From assembly GCA_039803745.1 (NCBI GenBank), contig JBDRZD010000001.1, forward strand, positions 2,146 through 66,145: a stretch of DNA of 64,000 nucleotides, given 5' to 3'. Positions 57,716-64,000 of this stretch are shown here, piece by piece. The position numbers were made by a program, and so were the translations under genes. Each line of letters opens with the position of its first letter. Position 1 is the stretch's first letter. Below the pieces are notes generated by a model, which had not been told where the DNA came from, made no database searches, and saw only the letters and a list, made by a program, of their open reading frames with translations. Source of the DNA: a candidate division WOR-3 bacterium. Its GTDB lineage: Bacteria; Hydrothermota; Hydrothermia; Hydrothermales; Hydrothermaceae.

Positions 57716-57864
57716 TTTTTTCTTCTTTAAAAATTACAATATCGCTGCTTTCAATATACAGTGCTAAAATCCAGATATTTTTGAATTTCATTTTTTTCCC
57801 TTTTTAAAAATTATAATATCGCCATTCTCGACAAAAGGGTTTGAATCAAGGTCTCCTTCAGTTA
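57713..57864. repeat. 76-bp tandem duplication of the 3' end of the Wza-like gene; the intergenic copy supplies the start codon of the Wzz-like gene
   Basis: 57789-57838 (gene terminus, encoding ...ENGDIIIFKKGKK*) is imperfectly repeated at 57713-57752 (encoding an ESSDIVIFKEEKK relic), 76 bp away. In the relic, the position of the TGA stop reads ATG, and this is the MKF... start of the downstream gene. Confidence 0.55.
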
Positions 57865-58519
57865 TATATTTTAAAAGATTTATTTCAATCTTTTTCCCAT
57901 TTCTTACAAGATAGATTTTTCCGCTCCTTATTTCTGAATTTTCAAAAATTCCACTTATTGCGAGAGCACCACTTATCCTTGTTAAAGGGGAAACTGAATA
58001 ATATCCTGGATAGGGAACATCCCCTACTATATGAATTAATCTTACTCCTAAACTTATAATTTCAACTGTCACATCTGTATCAGGATATTTTTCCTTCAGT
58101 TTTTTTCTTATTTCTTCTTCAAGTTCTTTTAATTTTTTACCTTTGGCTATAAATTTTCCAAGAATTGGAATTGTATCAATAGAGGATGATGCAACTGTTC
58201 CAGCACCCATAGTAATATAAGGCACCACAACAGGAGAAGAAGTGATCACTATTTCACCACTTTCAGGTATACTTCTTTTTAATGTGCCATTAAAATACCC
58301 AAAGAATCTTATTTGAATTAAATCACCTGAATTTAATTTATAGTCTTCTGGAAGTAAATAAGGATAAGATAAAGTAGCATGTTGAAGTGCAGGAATTTTT
58401 TCTATATAAATAATATTATCTTTTTTCTTTTCTACTGGAACATATTCCTGCATTATCAAGCAGATTAAAATAAATTTCATAATAAAAAAATTATAATTTA
58501 AATGTATATTTTTTGTCAA
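57788..58519 (-). CDS. Wza-like polysaccharide export protein (Poly_export + SLBB domains)
   Basis: 243 aa with a signal peptide. NSGDLIQIRFFG...(Poly_export) and a C-terminal SLBB-like ...NPFVENGDIIIF. Confidence 0.7.
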   Translation of the reverse strand: MTKNIHLNYNFFIMKFILICLIMQEYVPVEKKKDNIIYIEKIPALQHATLSYPYLLPEDYKLNSGDLIQIRFFGYFNGTLKRSIPESGEIVITSSPVVVPYITMGAGTVASSSIDTIPILGKFIAKGKKLKELEEEIRKKLKEKYPDTDVTVEIISLGVRLIHIVGDVPYPGYYSVSPLTRISGALAISGIFENSEIRSGKIYLVRNGKKIEINLLKYITEGDLDSNPFVENGDIIIFKKGKK

Positions 58520-58573
58520 ATTAGATATTGGAAAAAAATAATTGAAAATATTATAATATAAAAATTTTAAATT

Positions 58574-60028
58574 ATGAAAAAAATAAAATTTATAAGTAGC
58601 GAGTTAATCATATTAGTTATTTTTTTATTTTTGGTTTTTCTTTATTTAATCAAAGGAAATTTTTATTTTAAAAGTACGATTAAAATTATATTAGGAATAA
58701 TAATAATTTTACCCTTTTTATTTACCAAAAATTTTCTCAAAAATATTGCTTTATTTTTTCCCATTTTCTTATGTACAGGTATAAGATATGTTTTAGAGCA
58801 TAAATTTCTTGTGCCCAAAACACCCCCCGTAGTTCCTTTATTTTTACATTTTACAGATTTTTTAGCATTTATTATATTTTTTTACTTCATAATAAATTAT
58901 TTAACCCTTAGAAAATTGAATCAAGACCCCTTTTTTAGACACTTTCTTGTTTTTTTCCTTTCTCTTTTTCTCTCCCTTATTTTCTCCTATGACAAAGTTT
59001 TTTCTTTGTTTCATATTCTTATGTTTTTTGACAGTTATATAATTTATAGATTTATTCTGAATAATCTTGAGGAAGATAAAAATAATAATATAAAAACATT
59101 TATATTTGCTTACCTGATATTTTTAATTTTTAATATATTCATCGGTTTAATTCAACTTGTTTTTGGATATGTTCCATTTATGGGTAAAGAATTTATGGAA
59201 ATTCATGGTTTTGAAATAAAAAGGATAAGAGGGGTATTTGTTCATGGAAACTCCTTTGGAGGGATACTTGCTCTTACCATACCTTGCTTTTTATCCTTTT
59301 ATTTTAGCAAAAGTTTTAAAAACTCTTCTATTCGAATAAAAATTGTTTATTTCTTTTTTTTATTTATTCTTTTCTTTACATTATTTTTTACATATTCACG
59401 AAATAGCCTTATTTCCTGTATAGTGGGGATTTTATCTTTTTTATTGATATATTTCTGGAAAATAAAAAAAATAAATTTATTTTTAAAATATTTTCTTTTG
59501 TTCTCAACTTTTCTTTTATTTTTTATCTTTTTATCCAAATTTACTTTTGAGAAAGTTTATGAAAGAATTCTCTCAATTTTTCGTATTCAGGAAGACATAA
59601 GTTTTCAAATCAGGCTTTATTATTGGAAAAATTCTTTAAGGACTTTTTTAAAATATCCATTCTTTGGAATTGGTATAAGTCAATTCATTTACATGCCTTA
59701 TGCCTTCTTTGTTATCATACCTCACAATCTTTATATTCAACTTCTTCTTGAAACAGGAATTTTTGGTTTCCTTTCATTTATTTTCTTAATAGGATCTATT
59801 ATAAAATCCCTTTTTCTATGTGTTAAAAAAGTGGACTTGAATGAGAAATATTCATGGATGCCTATTGGACTTATCGGCTCTTGGTTTGCATTCTTAAATC
59901 ACAATTTGTTAGACAGTTCCTGGACCACAATAAATCATAACGAAGAGATGAAGATCTTTTTTATAATGATTACTCTTTCTGTATTCATATACAAGAAACT
60001 ATATCTTAACAAGACTTCTATAAAGTGA
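58574..60028 (+). CDS. O-antigen ligase / Wzy-like polymerase family membrane protein
   Basis: 484 aa with ~11 TM helices and a Wzy_C-like loop (YSRNSLISCIVGIL...HNLYIQLLLETGIFGFLSF). Confidence 0.6.
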   Translation: MKKIKFISSELIILVIFLFLVFLYLIKGNFYFKSTIKIILGIIIILPFLFTKNFLKNIALFFPIFLCTGIRYVLEHKFLVPKTPPVVPLFLHFTDFLAFIIFFYFIINYLTLRKLNQDPFFRHFLVFFLSLFLSLIFSYDKVFSLFHILMFFDSYIIYRFILNNLEEDKNNNIKTFIFAYLIFLIFNIFIGLIQLVFGYVPFMGKEFMEIHGFEIKRIRGVFVHGNSFGGILALTIPCFLSFYFSKSFKNSSIRIKIVYFFFLFILFFTLFFTYSRNSLISCIVGILSFLLIYFWKIKKINLFLKYFLLFSTFLLFFIFLSKFTFEKVYERILSIFRIQEDISFQIRLYYWKNSLRTFLKYPFFGIGISQFIYMPYAFFVIIPHNLYIQLLLETGIFGFLSFIFLIGSIIKSLFLCVKKVDLNEKYSWMPIGLIGSWFAFLNHNLLDSSWTTINHNEEMKIFFIMITLSVFIYKKLYLNKTSIK

Positions 60029-61105
60029 AAGAATTTCCTCTCCTATCCTTTCATAATCATATTTTTTAATTTCTTCTTTTTGATATTCAACAATTTTACT
60101 TTTTAAATCTTTATCAAGATAAATTTTAAGAATTGCACTTTCTATCTCTTTTATATCATAAGGATTTACCAAAATTGCTCCTTTCCCTGCAACTTCAGGT
60201 AGTGAGGAAACATTAGAAGTAATAACAGGAAGATTGAACTTGTATGCTTCAATAATTGGTAATCCAAATCCTTCATAAAGAGAGGGATAAAGAAGAGCAA
60301 TTGCATTTTTATAAAAAAAGGGCAATTCTTTTTTTGAAATATTATTAAACCAGATTATTTTTCCCTTATTTTCTTCAATTTTTCTTAAAATTCTTTCACA
60401 TTTCCACCCCCTTTGTCCTATTAATATTAATTTTACATTTTCTTCTATTTTTTTTGAGAAACTCAAAAAAGCCTCTATAGTTCTTTCTAAATTTTTCCTT
60501 GGTTCAAGGGTTCCAACAAAAAGAAAATAGGGATATTTTAAATTATATTTTTCTTTAATCTCTTTTACATCTTCATAAATTAAAGAAGAGAAAGAGGGCA
60601 ATACTTTGATTTTATTTAAAGGTATGTTCCAGAAAAAATTTAAGTCCTTTTTAGTGTTTTCTGATACAGCTATAATTAAAGATGCCTTTTTTACTGCCAA
60701 TCTAAAAATATTTCTCCAGTAAAAAAGGTCATGTCTTTTAAAACCTTCTTTGAATTTTAAAAAAGCAAGGTCGTGAACAGTAATAACATATGGTATATTT
60801 AAAAATAAAGGAGAAGCAAAATTGGGAAAATGCAATACATTTATTTTATATTTTTTTAAATAAAAGGGCAATATAAAACATTCAAAATATTGAGTTCCTT
60901 TTTTAAATGTGTTAATTTCAATAAAATTAAAGTTTTTATTATTAATTTTATCCAATTCTTCTAAAATTCCTTTAGGTATGAACACAAAAACCTCTTCATT
61001 TTCAATCTTTTTTGAAAGTATCTTAATTAAAGTTTTAAAATACTCCCAAAAACCCCCTCTTTTTCCTGTTCCATGAATTGAAAAACCACTTATTCCTATT
61101 TTCAT
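59999..61105 (-). CDS. GT4-family glycosyltransferase
   Basis: 368 aa with a GT-B C-terminal domain (FVGTLEPRKNLERTIEAF...IGQRGW...LYPSLYEGFGLPIIEAYKFNLPVITSN; EX7E-like motif). Confidence 0.75.
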   Translation of the reverse strand: MKIGISGFSIHGTGKRGGFWEYFKTLIKILSKKIENEEVFVFIPKGILEELDKINNKNFNFIEINTFKKGTQYFECFILPFYLKKYKINVLHFPNFASPLFLNIPYVITVHDLAFLKFKEGFKRHDLFYWRNIFRLAVKKASLIIAVSENTKKDLNFFWNIPLNKIKVLPSFSSLIYEDVKEIKEKYNLKYPYFLFVGTLEPRKNLERTIEAFLSFSKKIEENVKLILIGQRGWKCERILRKIEENKGKIIWFNNISKKELPFFYKNAIALLYPSLYEGFGLPIIEAYKFNLPVITSNVSSLPEVAGKGAILVNPYDIKEIESAILKIYLDKDLKSKIVEYQKEEIKKYDYERIGEEILSLYRSLVKI

Positions 61106-61133
61106 AAAATTTATATTATAATATAAATCTTAA

Positions 61134-62099
61134 ATGAAAGAAAATAAAAGAGTATTCCTTTCCTGGACAAAAGGGGGTTCAAGGAGGACAGATTCGCTTT
61201 CAAAAATTTTAAATTTTGAAGTATTCCGTTTTTCAATTTTTCCGAGAAAAATTTTCTTTTCTCCTATAAAATTTCCTTTACAATTCTTTGTAACCCTTTT
61301 TTATTTATTTAAAAAAAAGCCAGATGTTATTATTGCTGAATTCTGCCAGCCTATAATAGGTTTACCCTGCCTTATTTATAAATACTTTTTTAAAAAACCC
61401 TGTATAATAGATTTGCATTCAGGCCCAATTATTTCTAAAAAATGGCTCTTTTTAAAACCTTTTACTCATTTTATTTTGATAAATTCGGATCTTATAATAA
61501 TTCATGAAAAAACTATTAAAGAAAAACTTATTTTTGAGAAAAATAAAAAAATTATTATTTTACATGATCCGCCCTTAATAACAAAACCCTTATTTTTGCC
61601 CAAATATGGAAATTATCTTATCTTTCCTGCTTCAGGAGATACAGACGAACCAATTGAAGAACTTATAAAAGCCTCTTTCTTTTTAAAGGATGTTGAAATA
61701 TTTATAACGGGAAATGTTAAAAAAAGAAAAAATTACAAAATTCCGGATAATTTAAAATTTACTGGTTTTTTAGCCAAAGAAGATTTTTATGAACTTTTAA
61801 AAAATTCAGCAGGTGTTATTTCTCTTACAAAATGGGATTATACTTTGACCTGCTCCTCCTTAGAAGCACTCTGTTTTGAAAAACCTGTTATTTTAACAGA
61901 TAAGGAGGCTTTCAAAAAGTTTTTTAAGGATGCTGCAATTTATGTAGAAAATAATGCGTTTTCAATTTCAGAGGGTATTAAAAGACTTCTTTTGAACTAT
62001 GATCTTTATTTAAAGAGAATTAAAAAACTCAAAGATGAATACATTTTAAATTGGAATGAAGAGGTAAAATTTTTAAAAAACATCCTTTTTTCCTTGTAA
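61134..62099 (+). CDS. Putative glycosyltransferase (GT-B-like, weak)
   Basis: 321 aa with a Rossmann-like alternating pattern. The C-terminal half has FPASGDTDEPIEELIKA...CSSLEALCFEKPVIL, resembling a GT4 C-domain. Confidence 0.45.
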   Translation: MKENKRVFLSWTKGGSRRTDSLSKILNFEVFRFSIFPRKIFFSPIKFPLQFFVTLFYLFKKKPDVIIAEFCQPIIGLPCLIYKYFFKKPCIIDLHSGPIISKKWLFLKPFTHFILINSDLIIIHEKTIKEKLIFEKNKKIIILHDPPLITKPLFLPKYGNYLIFPASGDTDEPIEELIKASFFLKDVEIFITGNVKKRKNYKIPDNLKFTGFLAKEDFYELLKNSAGVISLTKWDYTLTCSSLEALCFEKPVILTDKEAFKKFFKDAAIYVENNAFSISEGIKRLLLNYDLYLKRIKKLKDEYILNWNEEVKFLKNILFSL

Positions 62100-63614
62100 A
62101 AGTTTTTTTAAAATATCAACAACAATTTTTTCCTCTTTTTCTAATTTAAAAAATAAGAATAAAAAGAAATAAAAAATATAAGAAAATATTAAATTCAGCA
62201 ATAAAAGGAAAAGAGAATTTTTAAATAATTTCATAGAAAAAAGATTGAAAAAAAACATTAATACTATACAACAAATCCCTTGAATAATTGGTTTTAGTGT
62301 TCTTAAATCATGTGTTTTAAATTTTAAAAATTTTTTTACTTCTATTACTCCTGTGCTTCTCAATATTATTAAAGAAATAGAGGTGGATAAGGAAGCCCCA
62401 AGGATTCCAAAATTTGGTATTAAAGAAATTGCAAGTATAATGTTTATTATTAATCCAAATAAAGTTGTAATTGCCCATTCTTTTTGATACCCACTCATGG
62501 TTAATGTCATTGGTCCCTCTCCTGCAGCATTCTGGAAAATAAGTCCAAGAAGGAGTATAAGAATCGGGATATAACCTATCACAAACTCTTTACCAAATAC
62601 AAATAACAGGAATTCTTTTCCGCTAAAGATAAAAAATACAAGTAAAGGTAAGGAAAAATGTAAAGTCCATCTTATTATTGTCTGGAAAAGAATTTTAAGG
62701 GATTCAAAATCCTTTTTATAACTTAATTGAGATATAAAAGGGGCAAAAACCTCGTTTATTGCTAAAAGAAAAATATTTGCCATCTCTGCTGTTCTTGCTA
62801 TTCCATTATAGATTCCCACCTCTTCAGGAGTTCTAAATATCCCTAAGACTATTATGTCTGTCCAGGCAAATAAAAAATAAAGGATTGAAATAAAAATTAT
62901 GGGATAGGAAAACAAAATTACTTCTTTATACAAATTTTTAGGAATTTCAATTTTTTCTTTTACCTTTATTTCTCTTTTAAAAAAATATAAGATTAAAATA
63001 AGCGATAAAAAGGAAGAAAAAAACCATGGTAAGATAGAAGTGGCTATTTTTTTACCCAGTAAATAAAACAGTAAAAATAGAAAAAAAATCTGTAAAACTG
63101 GACGAGAAATATTTTCACTTATAACATAATAAGCCATTTTGTTAAATCCTCTTGAACTATAAGCCATAACGAGCAAGGAAGTGTAAAAGGGAAGGGAGAG
63201 AGAAAAATAAAATAGCCCTTCCTTTAATTCGCTTTTTTTATAAAAATTGGCAATTATTCCAGAAAAAGAAGAAGTTAATAATCCCCATAAAATTCCAGAA
63301 AAAAATGATAGAAAGAATAAAAATATAGATAATTTTTTAATAATATAGTTTTTATTTTCTTCTTTTAAAATTGAGATATACCTTATTCCTCCCCTTTCAA
63401 GCCCAAGTTGAGAAAATCTTAAAACTATATTTATTAAAGTATAGGAAATTGTATAAATTCCGTATATTCTTACTCCTAAAAGCCTTATTATAAAAATTTG
63501 ATATAGATAACCTCCGATTCTTTTTATACCTTCACCTACGAGGTTTAACAATGTTCCTGAAAATAAAGCCTTTATGTGCTCTTCAATTTGTTTTTCCAAA
63601 AAATTTTTTTTCAT
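62073..63614 (-). CDS. Wzx-like polysaccharide flippase (MOP/PST superfamily)
   Basis: 513 aa with ~12-14 TM helices. The N-terminal GTLLNLVGEGIKRIGGYLYQIFIIRLLG is typical of the polysaccharide biosynthesis protein family. Confidence 0.7.
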   Translation of the reverse strand: MKKNFLEKQIEEHIKALFSGTLLNLVGEGIKRIGGYLYQIFIIRLLGVRIYGIYTISYTLINIVLRFSQLGLERGGIRYISILKEENKNYIIKKLSIFLFFLSFFSGILWGLLTSSFSGIIANFYKKSELKEGLFYFSLSLPFYTSLLVMAYSSRGFNKMAYYVISENISRPVLQIFFLFLLFYLLGKKIATSILPWFFSSFLSLILILYFFKREIKVKEKIEIPKNLYKEVILFSYPIIFISILYFLFAWTDIIVLGIFRTPEEVGIYNGIARTAEMANIFLLAINEVFAPFISQLSYKKDFESLKILFQTIIRWTLHFSLPLLVFFIFSGKEFLLFVFGKEFVIGYIPILILLLGLIFQNAAGEGPMTLTMSGYQKEWAITTLFGLIINIILAISLIPNFGILGASLSTSISLIILRSTGVIEVKKFLKFKTHDLRTLKPIIQGICCIVLMFFFNLFSMKLFKNSLFLLLLNLIFSYIFYFFLFLFFKLEKEEKIVVDILKKLLQGKKDVF

Positions 63615-63673
63615 ATAAAAAAATTAATATAATTTATTTTAAATTGTTAAGTCAATCCAGTATAATAATAAAT

Positions 63674-64000
63674 ATGTTCAATTTTAAGTTTCTTGAGTTT
63701 TTAGTTTTAAACTCAATTCTTTATATTTCAATATTAAGATTTTTTTATTTTTTTAAAGAAAAAATTGGTTTTGTTGATAGATTACTATGTAGTTTCCTCG
63801 TTTATTTGACCATCATTCTGGGAATGTATCCTATTTTTGGTTGTTTACATCTTTATGAATGGAAAACCCTTTTAATTTCTATTATAGTTTTATCAATATT
63901 TTTTTCTATTTTTAAATTCAGGATAAAGGAAAGTTTTTTGTTTACTTATAGTGAAATTAAGAATTTATTTAAAAATTTTTTTCTTTCTTTAAAAAATGAC
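63674..64000 (+). CDS. Hypothetical membrane protein, 5' part (runs off the right edge)
   Basis: Open frame from ATG 63674 (MFNFKFLEFLVLNSILYISILRFFYFFKEK...) with no stop before the window end. At least three hydrophobic helices. Not in the ORF track because it has no stop. Confidence 0.3.
   Translation, partial: MFNFKFLEFLVLNSILYISILRFFYFFKEKIGFVDRLLCSFLVYLTIILGMYPIFGCLHLYEWKTLLISIIVLSIFFSIFKFRIKESFLFTYSEIKNLFKNFFLSLKND

Noticed and set aside
1-64000. Alternative genetic code (for example UGA recoding) suggested by the extreme AT content
   Set aside because: Long ORFs with conserved motifs are uninterrupted under the standard code, and TGA terminates well-defined genes (lptD, the wza-like gene, the methyltransferase). 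So code 11 fits.

Overview
This is an AT-rich (roughly 30% GC by eye, not computed), very gene-dense bacterial chromosomal segment. It reads cleanly in the standard genetic code; TGA and TAA stops are both used and no ORF breaks suggest recoding. The proteins are Lys/Glu/Ile-rich. Diderm hallmarks are present: LptD, a TamB-like protein, an Omp85-type barrel, a TonB C-terminal domain and a Wza-like exporter.

Layout:
- 1-16.0 kb, all on the minus strand: a compacted proS-rimP-nusA-infB-DUF503-rbfA-truB-ribF-rpsO-pnp array (pnp runs off the left edge). Upstream of it lie a CapA-like phosphoesterase, a TIM-barrel::AmpD/PGRP-amidase fusion, lptD, accD, a TRZ/ATZ-family amidohydrolase and tRNA-Cys(GCA).
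- ~16.0 kb: a sharp strand switch with a near-consensus sigma70-like promoter.
- 16-56.5 kb, all on the plus strand: a REC-histidine-kinase hybrid, a PglC-like sugar transferase, ppdK, a DUF2723/TPR membrane protein, two tandem M42 peptidases (the second degenerate), an M23 peptidase, an SBP family-5 lipoprotein fused to a TonB proline-rich linker and TonB_C domain, ribD, aspS, pyrR, a lone sucD, a LolA-like protein, a second M23 peptidase, a large HExxH/PD40/Omp85-barrel protein, yajC, def, fmt, DUF2905, smpB, an Amidase_3 protein, a MalT-like STAND NTPase lacking a DNA-binding domain followed by two exported proteins, an ECF sigma / zinc anti-sigma / DegS-like module, a class-III aminotransferase, a SAM methyltransferase, an EndoQ-like PHP nuclease, a HAL/PAL-family MIO lyase and a TamB-like protein.
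- 56.5-63.6 kb: a Wzx/Wzy-type exopolysaccharide locus (Wzz-like, Wza-like, O-antigen-ligase-like, two glycosyltransferases, Wzx).

I found no CRISPR array, transposase, integrase or prophage signal, and only one tRNA.

Most unusual to me:
- the MalT-like STAND NTPase without an HTH, with its exported-protein and ECF-sigma neighbourhood;
- the SBP5::TonB_C fusion;
- the metallopeptidase/PD40/Omp85 chimera;
- the TIM-barrel::AmpD-like fusion;
- two independent 76-bp tandem duplications of gene 3' termini.

All calls rest on reading the translations and the sequence by eye; no searches were run.
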